A stretch of DNA of 64,000 bases from an uncultured Chroococcidiopsis sp. GTDB lineage: Bacteria > Cyanobacteriota > Cyanobacteriia > Cyanobacteriales > Chroococcidiopsidaceae. The stretch spans positions 64,001-128,000 of the forward strand of contig CAXTYC010000008.1 in the NCBI GenBank assembly GCA_964248365.1. The letters run 5' to 3'. The notes beneath the pieces were generated by a model that saw only the letters and a list, made by a program, of their open reading frames with translations, had not been told where the DNA came from and searched no databases. Both the position numbers and the translations under genes were made by a program. Each line of letters starts with the position of its first letter. Within the stretch, counting starts at the first letter, position 1. This document shows positions 1 to 10,001 of this stretch, in pieces.

Positions 1-174
1 CTCTGAACAAGTCTGTTGCTACTCGAATCTGGAATAAGTCTACTCCTGTAACATTTTGGACTGACTGGAGTGCCAGAAAAGCTAAACATCTGAGCAAGGC
101 AGAGGGCGCTATAAACACAGGCAGTTCATGCTGAGCATAATCGCAGCTACAATTACGTCTACTAAAAAAATTTT

Positions 175-705
175 ATGTCGTCACAAAACATAGGCGAAGA
201 AATCGCTGGTCTTTACCTCCAGCTTGAGCATAAATGCGCCTTCGTTCAATATAATCTCTACACTCCCGATGTCCAAGGCGAGATCGATGTCATAGCTATC
301 AATTTTACCGATAAGATCGTCTACATCTGTGAAGTTGCCGTACATTTGGTTACAGGATTGCAGTACGCTGACAACTACGAGCGGCTGGTCAAAAAGTTTA
401 AAAAAGACATCGATTACGCACAGAAGGCGTATCCAGAATATGAGAGAGTGTATATGCTCTGGTCTCCTATTGTAAAGAAGGCTGGATCAAACGCTAAACA
501 CAATCAACTAAAGGCTGTCGAGCAAGTACGCGATCATCTACGAACGACACGCGGCATCGAGATTCAGCTTATTATTAACGAAGCTTATGAAAAATGCCTG
601 GAGAGACTCCGCGATTACGCAGCGAAAGAGACAAAAGAACTCAAATCTCTAGTCTTACGCTTGTTTCAAATTGAGGAATTTCTTGATCGGCATCTTCAGA
701 AATGA
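175..705 (+). CDS. PD-(D/E)xK nuclease-fold hypothetical protein (YraN/NERD-like)
   Basis: GEEIAGLYL helix, then GEIDVIA and ICEVA motifs; the usual Lys is replaced. Confidence 0.6.
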   Translation: MSSQNIGEEIAGLYLQLEHKCAFVQYNLYTPDVQGEIDVIAINFTDKIVYICEVAVHLVTGLQYADNYERLVKKFKKDIDYAQKAYPEYERVYMLWSPIVKKAGSNAKHNQLKAVEQVRDHLRTTRGIEIQLIINEAYEKCLERLRDYAAKETKELKSLVLRLFQIEEFLDRHLQK

Positions 706-896
706 TCTATGAGCAACACAAAATTTCATCCCTCGCCAGATCTAACTGATTGTAGCCCAGTCTGATCGCTCATCCCACGCTCATGTTAGACATCCTACCT
801 CGGTAAGCGATCTGATCGCCGTCAAAATGCCATCATGCCGAGGATCGCCCCATCTCCCACCTATGAGACCATAAAGTAAACAAAGGCTTTACTAGT

Positions 897-1472
897 ATGG
901 TTAACCCTACCATCGCTATTCCCACAACATTCAAAGTTACTCACGAGCAATTCGAGCAACTTGCCGCCGTTAACCGCGACTTAAGGCTAGAGAGAACCGC
1001 ACAGGGAGAGTTAATTGTCATGCCCCCCACTGGTAGCGATACAGGCAACCGCAACCTAGATATCGAAGGGCAGCTTTGGCTGTGGAACCGTCAAACTAGG
1101 CTAGGTAAGGCGTTTAACTCTTCTAGTGGTTTTCACTTACCCAATGGAGCCTTTCGCTCTCCTGATGCTGCTTGGATTAAGTTAGAGCGATGGGAAGCTC
1201 TCACACCAGAGGAACAAGAAGGCTTTGCTCCTATATGCCCGGATTTTGTTGTAGAATTGCGCTCAAAGTCTGACAACATGGAACCCTTACGGGCAAAGAT
1301 GAGAGAATACATCGAAAATCAAGCTGTTTTGGGGTGGTTGATTGACCGGAAAAATAGGAAAGTTGAAATCTACAGGCAAGGACAGAATGTGGAAGTGTTG
1401 GATAATCCTACCACCTTGTCAGGAGAAAATGTACTGCGGGGATTTGTTTTGGACTTGACAGAGGTTTGGTAG
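897..1472 (+). CDS. Uma2 family endonuclease
   Basis: LRLERTAQGELIVMPP, RSPDAAW, CPDFVVELRS motifs. Confidence 0.93.
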   Translation: MVNPTIAIPTTFKVTHEQFEQLAAVNRDLRLERTAQGELIVMPPTGSDTGNRNLDIEGQLWLWNRQTRLGKAFNSSSGFHLPNGAFRSPDAAWIKLERWEALTPEEQEGFAPICPDFVVELRSKSDNMEPLRAKMREYIENQAVLGWLIDRKNRKVEIYRQGQNVEVLDNPTTLSGENVLRGFVLDLTEVW

Positions 1473-1662
1473 TAACACCCTGTCTCGATCGCCCTCACCC
1501 TTTGAAACTACCCCATTTCTCTATCTGTAGAGCTATAGACTTTTGAGAAACTCTTTATTTCTCTTCATTATTGTTAAAAATTTTTAGGAATTGCCGAATT
1601 GGCTGCAATTTGCAGTAGATTCATCTTCAATGACAGTATTATTCCATTAGGAAACTTCAATT

Positions 1663-1806
1663 ATGATTTCAGCTTCGTACTTAATGTTGTTCTCAGCTTC
1701 GTATCTACCCTCGCTTCTGGTTCCTCTATCTTGTCTAGTGTTTCCCGGTATAGCTATGGCGCTCTTGTTTTTGTACGTTGAACGCGAAGATCCTTCAGGA
1801 ATCTAG
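1663..1806 (+). CDS. psaI: Photosystem I subunit VIII (alternative ATG at 1684)
   Basis: Manual translation MISASYLMLFSASYLPSLLVPLSCLVFPGIAMALLFLYVEREDPSGI*; not in the ORF track. Confidence 0.9.
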   Translation: MISASYLMLFSASYLPSLLVPLSCLVFPGIAMALLFLYVEREDPSGI

Positions 1807-1894
1807 TAGCTACCTGCTTTCTTCCTAGGCGTAGTCTAAGAACCAGAAAGTTAGAGATGTCTATTTACTTAGCCATCTCCCATCCCTATCAAGG

Positions 1895-1931
1895 AAAAAA
1901 CCGCTCATCTTATTAAGATCAGCGGTTTTTT
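1895..1931. terminator. Bidirectional intrinsic terminator between convergent psaI and psbJ
   Basis: AAAAAACCGCTCATCTT-ATT-AAGATCAGCGGTTTTTT hairpin with A/T tails. Confidence 0.75.
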
Positions 1932-2012
1932 ATGTTAAATGAGTGATAAAACACTCACACTTGTTTTTGAGAGATCGCTAATAAATAAGCGCGATCGCCA
2001 CTTTACACCACT

Positions 2013-2132
2013 TTACAAAGAAGAACCTAAATGAGTGTAGGAACCATAAAAGAAAGTTCCCACCACAACAATTACACCTAAACCTGCTACTGTGGCTACA
2101 ACCCACAGAGGAATTCTTCCACTTCCAGACAC
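2013..2132 (-). CDS. psbJ: Photosystem II protein J
   Basis: Manual translation (GTG) [48 protein letters not shown] upstream. Confidence 0.95.
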   Translation of the reverse strand: MSGSGRIPLWVVATVAGLGVIVVVGTFFYGSYTHLGSSL

Positions 2133-2195
2133 AGTTTCTCCTCCTTAAATAACTTGCATCAACACTCAAATGAGCAATATATTAACCTTTTCCAG

Positions 2196-2318
2196 TTAGT
2201 TAAAGAAATAACTGGAAAACAGAATACCCAGAACAAAAACCAGCAACAAACCTAAGTAAAGTGAAGTTCGATTTAATTCAACTGGTTGATTATTGGTATT
2301 GCGAGTTCTTTCAGGCAT
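2196..2318 (-). CDS. psbL: Photosystem II protein L
   Basis: Manual translation [40 protein letters not shown]. Confidence 0.96.
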   Translation of the reverse strand: MPERTRNTNNQPVELNRTSLYLGLLLVFVLGILFSSYFFN

Positions 2319-2327
2319 AGATATCTC

Positions 2328-2462
2328 CTAGCGTTGAATAAACTGCATGGAAGCGATCGCACCCAAAAAGAATACTGTTGGTACAGCCAAGGTGTGAACC
2401 GCCAGCCATCTTACTGTAAAAATCGGATATTGAATTGGTTGATTTACGTTGCTATTAGTCAT
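2328..2462 (-). CDS. psbF: Cytochrome b559 beta subunit
   Basis: Manual translation [44 protein letters not shown]. Confidence 0.97.
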   Translation of the reverse strand: MTNSNVNQPIQYPIFTVRWLAVHTLAVPTVFFLGAIASMQFIQR

Positions 2463-2472
2463 GTCAAACTAC

Positions 2473-2718
2473 TTACTTAAGGAATTGGTCAATTTGTTGT
2501 TTACCTTCAAAGCGATCGCTAATGATCGGTAATTCTTGGCGTGTTTGGGTGTAATACTCGTTTGGACGAGGTGTACCAAACGTATCGTATGCTAGCCCAG
2601 TGCTAACAAATAGCCAACCAGCAATAAATAATGCTGGGATGGTAATACTATGAATCACCCAGTAACGGACACTAGTAATAATATCCCCAAACGGACGTTC
2701 TCCTGTTGTCCCCGACAT
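2473..2718 (-). CDS. psbE: Cytochrome b559 alpha subunit
   Basis: [28 protein letters not shown]. Confidence 0.98.
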   Translation of the reverse strand: MSGTTGERPFGDIITSVRYWVIHSITIPALFIAGWLFVSTGLAYDTFGTPRPNEYYTQTRQELPIISDRFEGKQQIDQFLK

Positions 2719-2777
2719 CTACATTCCTCCATTAAGAACTAATGCTTTATTACTTATTATCCTACGAAACCCTACCA

Positions 2778-2824
2778 ACTGGTAACTGATAACTGGTAAC
2801 TGGTAACTGGTAACTGGTAACTGA
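2778..2824. repeat. STRR heptamer array (ACTGGTA)n
   Basis: Tandem aactggt units between ycf48 and psbE. Confidence 0.85.
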
Positions 2825-2825
2825 T

Positions 2826-3827
2826 TTAAGCTGATTCGGTCTGCCCTTGATATCGCAGCAAAACACCACGTTGACCAATAATATATCCTTGCTCAGGTGT
2901 GAGAAAAACAATCTTGTAAAAATTAGAGGCAACATCTTCAATTTTGCGGTCTTTTTGCCAAGTTTTGCCCCCATCTAAACTACATAGCAAGTTTCCACTA
3001 CCGCCACCTATCCAAATTTCATTTGGTGTCCGGTATGCCAAATCTAGCAACCCCCAACTAGTAGAAAACTCTGGATTGTGAGCTTCTTCCCACTCCTCCA
3101 GGTTGTCTTCTTTGGTAAACTGCACTTGACCACCCCTAGCAAGCATCCAAATGCGTCCATCTTTACCAAAGCCCATATTTTGGACACGACGGGAACTATT
3201 ACGGTTATGTCCTTGCCATACACTCTGACCTGGTTCCCAAGTAGAATAAAAGTTACCCTTAGCCGAAACCGCTATATATTTTCCATCTGGGGAACGGGCA
3301 ATGTTACGTAACACACCTACCGCTTCCTGTACCATTGCCTTCCAATTTTTACCCCCATCAGTTGTCCGATAGATAGCTCCAATATCAGTAGTCATCTCGG
3401 CGGACTGCGGTCCCAAAGCCACAATCGTATTAGGATTGCCTGGTAACTTTTCACTTAAAGCGATGCGCGTCCATGATTTGCCGCCATCTGTTGTATGCAA
3501 CAGCAGCGCTGGTTCTCCTACAACCCACCCTTCTTGACCAGAAAAATTGACAGAAGACAAGAGATAATTATCTTCTAGATCTAGGTTTTTCGGCTGCCAA
3601 GTTTTACCCCCGTCTGTTGTTTCCAACAAAGTTGATTTACTACCCACCAACCAACCATGGTTCGGGTCATCAGTAAAACCAATGTCTTGCAAGTTTGCCT
3701 CTGCTGGCACAGAAATCACTTCCCAAGGGTTGTAACTAGTAGAGGGTACACTACTACAACCAATACAAAATAAGACAATTGCTGTAACCAGAACAACCCT
3801 TTGCCAAAGTTTGAATAGTGAAGCCAT
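2826..3827 (-). CDS. ycf48: PSII assembly factor Ycf48/HCF136 (lipoprotein)
   Basis: Repeated TTDGGKTW BNR motifs, lipobox IGC, position between rubA and psbE; start chosen at MASLFK (ORF extends to 3866). Confidence 0.95.
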   Translation of the reverse strand: MASLFKLWQRVVLVTAIVLFCIGCSSVPSTSYNPWEVISVPAEANLQDIGFTDDPNHGWLVGSKSTLLETTDGGKTWQPKNLDLEDNYLLSSVNFSGQEGWVVGEPALLLHTTDGGKSWTRIALSEKLPGNPNTIVALGPQSAEMTTDIGAIYRTTDGGKNWKAMVQEAVGVLRNIARSPDGKYIAVSAKGNFYSTWEPGQSVWQGHNRNSSRRVQNMGFGKDGRIWMLARGGQVQFTKEDNLEEWEEAHNPEFSTSWGLLDLAYRTPNEIWIGGGSGNLLCSLDGGKTWQKDRKIEDVASNFYKIVFLTPEQGYIIGQRGVLLRYQGQTESA

Positions 3828-3980
3828 TAGTATTTGTAAGTTTTCTTTTAGACGAATTGAGCGCATAAATGTCCGATCGCAGTTATATCCGAATAATCGC
3901 TTAATTGTTCACAGCATAATTTCGCCGCTTGCAACAGTGAAGCGCTCCTAGTCCTTCCTTTGCTTTACTTGTAAGCGGGT

Positions 3981-4316
3981 TTATTGTATCCCATAGAGAC
4001 TAAGGAAAAACAAAAAGGCGATCGCCAACCCACCAAAAATTAGTAAATTCTTTTGTGTTGGCGTTAGGTTATTAACACCTAAACCGAAATTCAAATTGTC
4101 TTGGAAGCCAGACGCTTTACCTACCTGACCAATATTCTGGAACTGAGATTTTTTCACTCCACAAACCGGACAACGCCAAGTATTGGGCAGTGAGGCAAAA
4201 GGTGTCCCAGGGGCAACAGAATATTTGCTGTCTCCCTTGGTTGGTTCATAAACATAACCGCAGGCAAGACATTCGTAGCGGTCTAACGCTTGATTTTCAA
4301 CAGCAGGTTCGTTCAT
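3981..4316 (-). CDS. rubA: Membrane-anchored rubredoxin
   Basis: CLACGY...WRCPVCG plus C-terminal TM helix; upstream of ycf48. Confidence 0.95.
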   Translation of the reverse strand: MNEPAVENQALDRYECLACGYVYEPTKGDSKYSVAPGTPFASLPNTWRCPVCGVKKSQFQNIGQVGKASGFQDNLNFGLGVNNLTPTQKNLLIFGGLAIAFLFFLSLYGIQ

Positions 4317-4513
4317 GGCTTGACAGGAGGAGGAGAAAGCTTAAATGTCTGTTAAAAATTATGACATAAGTGTTGAAAACAAGTAAGCAGGGGCAAGGTA
4401 TACCTTACCACTACTTTGAAGTGTGTAAGTGTTGCGGCGGGGAACGCAAAAAGTAGTAATTTCCCCTTTCCCCTTTTATTTACTACTTAAGAGGTTTGTG
4501 AACAGCAAAAAGA

Positions 4514-4519
4514 TATAAT
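4514..4519 (+). promoter_or_regulatory. Candidate -10 box for ndhCKJ, 11 nt upstream of the intron insertion site
   Basis: Perfect TATAAT; no well-spaced -35 seen. Confidence 0.4.
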
Positions 4520-5161
4520 GTAAATCTAAGTTGCGATTCGATGTCCCACGAAAGAGTGAGTCCCTAAGAACGACTCCCGGCTAGTGTCCAAGCCAGTACC
4601 CGCCTGAAGGAGCAAACAGAGTAATCCGTTTGTTTCACAGCTAGAAGGTTAAGTGTCCAAAGTCCTGTTAGCCAAAATACGGGATAAGGGCGCTTGGTAA
4701 GACTGACACGGTTAACGCAAGTGAACCTTTGATGAGGCACCGTTATTACAGGTTATCGGAATTGGCTTATACGATAACATGGAGGTTAAGAAAAAGTAGC
4801 CTCCATACTACTTAGCATAACTCATTCACTTAGATGAGTTATTGGACACCATAAAGCCTCCGGTGTATAGAAGGAACCTAACCCAGTCGCATCTCAAACG
4901 TGTGGAACGAAGAACCCCGGTAGGGTCTAATGCTAGATTCTATGCAATTAGTAAGGGAGCCGCAAGGCAACCAGAAACCCCTAGCGGTGGCAGGAGGCTA
5001 CAAAAAGCGAAAGCTACCAAACCGAAAGGTAACGAAAATACATAATCGGGTGGATAGGGTAATGCCCAAGTTGAAAGACTGCTGACGTGTAGCTGGTAAG
5101 TCTCCTAAAAGCTCAAAGAGAGAGCAACGAACTCAAAGGGAAAAGTTAGACGCACCCAGCT

Positions 5162-6871
5162 ATGGATGTGAGCGTAACCGAGAGGACGTGCGATTGGAAT
5201 AACGTAAATTGGCGTAAAGCCAATCGTATTGTTAGAAACTTAAGACAGAGAATTTTTAGGGCTACCCAAGAGGGCAATTTTCGCAAGGTCAGAAGCCTAC
5301 AAAGACTAATGATGCGTAGCTACTCCAACATCCTAATAGCGACCAGGAGAGTCACGCAAACCAACAGCGGAAAGAACACGCCAGGGGTGGACAAACTGGT
5401 AGTCAAAGCACCAGAAACCAGAGGAATATTAGTGGATGCATTAGCAAAACACATCCCCTGGAAACCACTTCCCACAAAAAGGGTTAACATCCCTAAAGCC
5501 AATGGAAAGAAACGCCCTCTAGGAATACCTAGCATAATCGACAGATGCCTACAGGCGATTGTAAAAAACGCATTGGAACCATTTTGGGAATCCAAATTTG
5601 AAGGCAGCAGCTATGGATTTCGACCTGGCAGAAGCGCCCACGATGCAATTGGTAAAATATTCTTAATTGCCCGTCCTAACAAGACAAAAAAGTGGGTATT
5701 AGATGCCGATATCAAAGGGTGTTTTGATAACATCGCCCATGAACCACTAATGCAGACCATTGGCAACTTTTCCGCCAGGAAAATCATTTATCAGTGGTTA
5801 AAAGCGGGGTACATGGACAAAGGGGGATTCCAGAATACCCATTCGGGAACTCCACAAGGTGGAATAATCAGCCCCCTTTTGGCTAACATTGCCTTGCATG
5901 GGATGGAAAGCGCATTAGGAATAAAGCACAATAACCGAGGGCAAATCATCGGCAAACGAGCAATAGTCCGATACGCAGACGACTTGGTTGTGTTTAACGA
6001 AACCAAAGAAGATGCTGAAAAATCCAAAACTATTCTCAATGAGTGGTTAGGAAAAACAGGACTGGAATTGTCAGAAGACAAAACCAGAATTACCCAACTT
6101 AAAGACGGGTTTGATTTTCTAGGTTTCAACATAAGACACTACGCAGATAACAACACCAAAACGGGTTGGAAACTACTAATCAAGCCAAGTAAAAAATCCA
6201 TCCTATCTATGCGGGAGAAACTCAGACAGGAATGGCTAAACCTGAAAGGGAAAAGCGTTCAAAGAGTTATAGAAAAGCTAAACCCCATCATTCGCGGGTG
6301 GGCTAATTATTTCCGCATTGGAGTATCTTCAGTAATATTCCATTGAGCAGACAATTGGATGTACAGGAGAGAATGCAGGTATGCAAAAAGGACACACCCG
6401 AATAAAAGTGACAAATGGCGCAAACAAAGATACTGGGGTAGATTGACCCTTCGACTTCGCTCAGGGCTTCGCCTCACGCGCTCAGCCGAACGGTCGAATC
6501 TGGAAAGACAGGATAACTGGGTATTTGGCAACAAAGACTCAGGAAATTACCTACTTAAGTTTTCATGGTTCAATATAGAAAGACATACTCTGATAAAGGG
6601 AAAAGCATCACCAGATGACCCATCCCTTAAGAGCTACTGGGTGAACAGGGAAAAGGAAAAGACTAAAATCCTAATTCCGAGCTACCAAAAGATAGCAAAA
6701 AATCAGGGATTAATATGTCCAAATTGTGGAGAAAGTCTCTTTAACAAAGAAGAAATCCACAAACATCACATAATACCCAAGTCAATTGGCGGAAAGGACA
6801 CGTATTCCAATTTACAGTTGGTACACCTCCTTTGCCATCAGCAAATCCATCTTGGAAATATAGCTCAATGA
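5162..6871 (+). pseudogene. ltrA: Group II intron RT/maturase/HNH protein interrupted by in-frame TGA (6344-6346) and a 51-nt insertion
   Basis: RT motifs GTPQGG and YADD, domain X RGWANYF; the reading frame continues after the stop (ADNWMY...) to an HNH motif CPNC...HHIIPKSIGG...NLQLVHLLCHQQIH. Confidence 0.88.
6446..6496 (+). repeat. Small dispersed palindromic repeat pair inserted in frame into the intron ORF
   Basis: CCCTTCGACTTCGCTCAGGG plus TTCGCCTCACGCGCTCAGCCGAA, splitting WGRL/NLERQD. Confidence 0.7.
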
Positions 6872-6992
6872 CTTGCTCAAGCCGGATACTTGGAAAACTT
6901 GTACGTCCGGTTTCTAGGGGGGAAAGAGACACAAATGTCTCCGCCCTACCCACCAACAAATTTATTGACTCTAGCAACGGTAATTATCCATC

Positions 6993-7355
6993 GTGTTTGT
7001 TCTTAGTGGCTACGAGTACTTACTAGGCTTTTTATTAGTCTGTAGCTTAGTGCCTGCACTAGCTCTGTCCGCATCCAAGCTTTTGCGACCAAGTGGTCGT
7101 AACCCAGAACGCCGCACAACATACGAATCAGGTATGGAACCAATTGGCGGAGCCTGGATTCAGTTCAACATCCGCTACTATATGTTTGCCTTGGTCTTCG
7201 TCATTTTTGACGTAGAAACAGTATTCCTATATCCTTGGGCAGTGGCGTTCCACACCCTAGGACTGTTGGCGTTTGTTGAAGCCCTAATTTTTATTGCAAT
7301 TCTTGTTGTTGCCCTTGTCTATGCTTGGCGTAAAGGAGCCTTGGAATGGTCTTGA
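6993..7355 (+). CDS. ndhC: NDH-1 subunit 3
   Basis: [22 protein letters not shown] motifs. Confidence 0.98.
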   Translation: MFVLSGYEYLLGFLLVCSLVPALALSASKLLRPSGRNPERRTTYESGMEPIGGAWIQFNIRYYMFALVFVIFDVETVFLYPWAVAFHTLGLLAFVEALIFIAILVVALVYAWRKGALEWS

Positions 7356-8071
7356 ATCCTAACACAGCAGAGCCTCATCGCATCATTAACCCGATTGAAA
7401 GACCTACCGTTACACAAGAACTTTCTGAGAATGTTATTCTCACAACGGTTGACGACCTTTACAACTGGTCTAGGCTTTCGAGTTTGTGGCCTTTACTGTT
7501 TGGTACTGCCTGTTGCTTCATTGAGTTTGCGGCTTTGATTGGTTCACGGTTTGACTTTGACCGCTTTGGGCTGATTCCCCGTTCTAGTCCCCGTCAAGCC
7601 GATCTGATCATTACAGCCGGAACCATTACGATGAAGATGGCTCCCCAGTTAGTGCGTCTTTATGAACAGATGCCTAACCCGAAGTATGTGATTGCTATGG
7701 GAGCTTGCACGATCACTGGCGGGATGTTCAGCGTTGATTCGCCAACAGCCGTGCGTGGTGTTGATAAACTGATTCCCGTAGATGTCTATCTACCTGGTTG
7801 TCCTCCGCGTCCAGAGGCGATTATTGATGCCATTATTAAGCTGCGGAAGAAGATTGCTAATGAGTCAATGCAAGAGCGAAATCCAATTAAGCAAACCCAT
7901 CGCTACTACAGTACTACTCATAACATGAAGGCGATCGCGCCAATCTTAACAGGCGAGTATTTGCAGTCTAGCACTCGCTCCCAACCGCCCAAGGAATTGA
8001 CCGAAGCGATAGGAATGCCAGTACCACCCGCGCTACAATCCGCCCAAAAGGAGGAGATTCGACGTGGCTGA
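7346..8071 (+). CDS. ndhK: NDH-1 subunit K
   Basis: [23 protein letters not shown] Fe-S ligands. Confidence 0.98.
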   Translation: MVLNPNTAEPHRIINPIERPTVTQELSENVILTTVDDLYNWSRLSSLWPLLFGTACCFIEFAALIGSRFDFDRFGLIPRSSPRQADLIITAGTITMKMAPQLVRLYEQMPNPKYVIAMGACTITGGMFSVDSPTAVRGVDKLIPVDVYLPGCPPRPEAIIDAIIKLRKKIANESMQERNPIKQTHRYYSTTHNMKAIAPILTGEYLQSSTRSQPPKELTEAIGMPVPPALQSAQKEEIRRG

Positions 8072-8609
8072 AGAATCTAACCCTGCACCTGCACCAGAAT
8101 CGGCAGGAAATGCTTCTGCATCACAGCTAGTTGAAGCTGGAAAGGTTTCTCGATGGTTGAGCGAAAATGACTTTGAGCATGAGTCAATGGAACCCGATCA
8201 TCAAGGTGTTGAGATCATTAAGGTAGCTCCCGACTACCTACTGCCCATTGCTACGGCACTTTACGCCTATGGCTTCAACTATCTCCAGTTTCAATGTGGC
8301 TACGATTCTGGTCCTGGGCAAGATTTAGTCAGTGTATATCATTTAATAAAAATGACTGATAACGCTGACCGACCAGAAGAAGTGCGAGTCAAGGTGTTTC
8401 TTCCCAGGGAAAACCCCCGTCTGCCTTCAGTATATTGGATCTGGAAGACAGCCGACTGGCAAGAGCGCGAATCCTACGATATGTTCGGCATTGTCTATGA
8501 AGGACACCCGAACCTAAAACGAATTTTAATGCCAGAAGACTGGAGAGGCTGGCCTTTACGTAAGGATTACATCTCGCCTGACTTCTACGAATTACAAGAT
8601 GCTTACTAG
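8064..8609 (+). CDS. ndhJ: NDH-1 subunit J
   Basis: [13 protein letters not shown]...[14 protein letters not shown]. Confidence 0.97.
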   Translation: MAEESNPAPAPESAGNASASQLVEAGKVSRWLSENDFEHESMEPDHQGVEIIKVAPDYLLPIATALYAYGFNYLQFQCGYDSGPGQDLVSVYHLIKMTDNADRPEEVRVKVFLPRENPRLPSVYWIWKTADWQERESYDMFGIVYEGHPNLKRILMPEDWRGWPLRKDYISPDFYELQDAY

Positions 8610-8684
8610 AGACTAGGGGCTAGAGGAACTAGAGGCTAGAGGAACTAGAGGGAAATTATAAATGATGAATTCATAATTTTGCAT

Positions 8685-9203
8685 TCACCATTCATCATTC
8701 TGGCTCCTGTCTTCTGTCTCCTGACTCCTAACTTTCTTGACATAAACCCGATCGCAGCGTGCTGTTTCTACGCCTTGTGCTGGCAGATAGCCGCTGCTTT
8801 CATATAACTTAACTGCTTCAACTAATACGCTGGCTGTTTCAATCCAAATTTGCTCAAAACCCTTTGCCGCGATCGCACTCTCCAACTGTTGCAATAAAAA
8901 TTTACCTAATCCCAGTCCCCTCACATCTGCCAAAAGGTACATTTTACGAAGTTCTACGGCTTTTTCTCCACGCCAGGTGGGATAATAGCCGCCAGTACCA
9001 ACAAGCTGATCTTGTTTTTCAATTACCCAGAACTCGCCGCCAGCTGATAGATAAAAATTTTCTACCTCCAACACATCCCGATCAGCTCCGGTTGGTTCCC
9101 AACTCAAACCATATTCAGCTAAAACAGAACCGATCACACCAGCAGCAGCAGTGCGATCGCTTTGTTCCCAGTCACGAATCAAAAAATCTTGATAGTAAAT
9201 CAC
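8685..9203 (-). CDS. GNAT family N-acetyltransferase
   Basis: ELRKMYL...RGLGLG acetyl-CoA motif, KLYESSGY; probable GTG start at 9203. Confidence 0.88.
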   Translation of the reverse strand: MIYYQDFLIRDWEQSDRTAAAGVIGSVLAEYGLSWEPTGADRDVLEVENFYLSAGGEFWVIEKQDQLVGTGGYYPTWRGEKAVELRKMYLLADVRGLGLGKFLLQQLESAIAAKGFEQIWIETASVLVEAVKLYESSGYLPAQGVETARCDRVYVKKVRSQETEDRSQNDEW

Positions 9204-9237
9204 AATTCCTCTTACCCTAGCCCCAGCGCCCCTAGCC

Positions 9238-9840
9238 CTAACTGTGAATTCGGGGTTCACAAATGAAGAGTTGACAGTAATTGACTTTCCACAATTGCTA
9301 ATTCTGACAACCGCTCAGTAACTAGGGAACGCTCAAAATAAGTATCAGCTAACACCCAATAGATACCGTAATGACGTGCCTCAGATGCCATTAAACTGCG
9401 ATAAAATTTGCTAACTCAGGCTCCGGACAACTCGCTGCCAAAAGCCCTAACCGTTCATGACTACGAGCTTCAATTAGACCAGAAATCAGCAAGGAATCCA
9501 GCATTCTTGCTGGTTCTTAGGTTCTAATTTGTGCTTTTAAACCTGCACCATAGGGAGGTGGAGAAAGAGGATCTAGGGGAATTCCTCGCCGTTCTAGCCA
9601 CTGATTAACTTGCTCAAAGTGTTCTAATTCTTCCTGGGCGACAGAGGTTAGCATTCGTACTAACTTTGTACTCGATGGATAGCGAAACATCAAGTTCAAA
9701 GCTACGCCCGCCTTACGTTCACATTGGGAGTGATCTAATAAAATGGTATCCAAATGGGCGATCGCTTGTGTTACCCACTCCCTGCTAGTAGGCGTAACAA
9801 GAGCGTTAATTGAATTTGTTGTAAAAGTGGACACATTCAT
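9238..9840 (-). pseudogene. miaE: tRNA-(ms2io6A) hydroxylase pseudogene
   Basis: LLDHSQCERKA, EELEHF, LIEARSHERLGLL, ASEARHY and EPRIHS motifs recoverable only across a TAA (9517-9519) and two frameshifts (~9408, ~9261). Confidence 0.88.
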
Positions 9841-10001
9841 ACTTACTTGTTTTCACTAAAGCGGTTATTGCTTGTTCAAGGCATAATTAAACATAAATTT
9901 ATATTCCAGAAATATTTTTTACTGATTCTTTAACCAAGATGGGGCAACTATAGATACGCTGGATATAAGTGGGTCAGTATTATTATTAACTAAAAATTCG
10001 T

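Larger units (their letters stand above)
4531..6953 (+). mobile_element. Group II intron (IIB/chloroplast-like class) in the ndhC leader; 3' end uncertain by a few nt
   Basis: 5' TTGCG; EBS1 CTTAG in the loop of hairpin AACTCAT-TCACTTAG-ATGAGTT pairs with exon CTAAG; EBS2 TTACA (4746-4750) pairs with exon TGTAA; D5 AAGCCGGATAC...GTACGTCCGGTTT (6879-6913); D6 with bulged A at 6948; RT ORF inside. Confidence 0.92.

Noticed and set aside
2013..2132. PsbJ C-terminus [10 protein letters not shown] differs from the common GAYAGLGSSL
   Set aside because: Small substitution with no context suggesting a specialised PSII variant
1599..2480. ORF-track calls 1599..1781, 1978..2169 and 2286..2480
   Set aside because: Off-frame or antisense to the real psaI, psbJ, psbL and psbF genes
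4842..5045. 67-aa ORF upstream of the RT
   Set aside because: Lies within structured intron RNA domains; TTG start and no protein motif
5162..6871. RT as a retron, DGR or defence RT, with a separate HNH gene
   Set aside because: D5/D6, EBS-IBS pairing, domain X and the in-frame HNH identify a single interrupted group II intron protein
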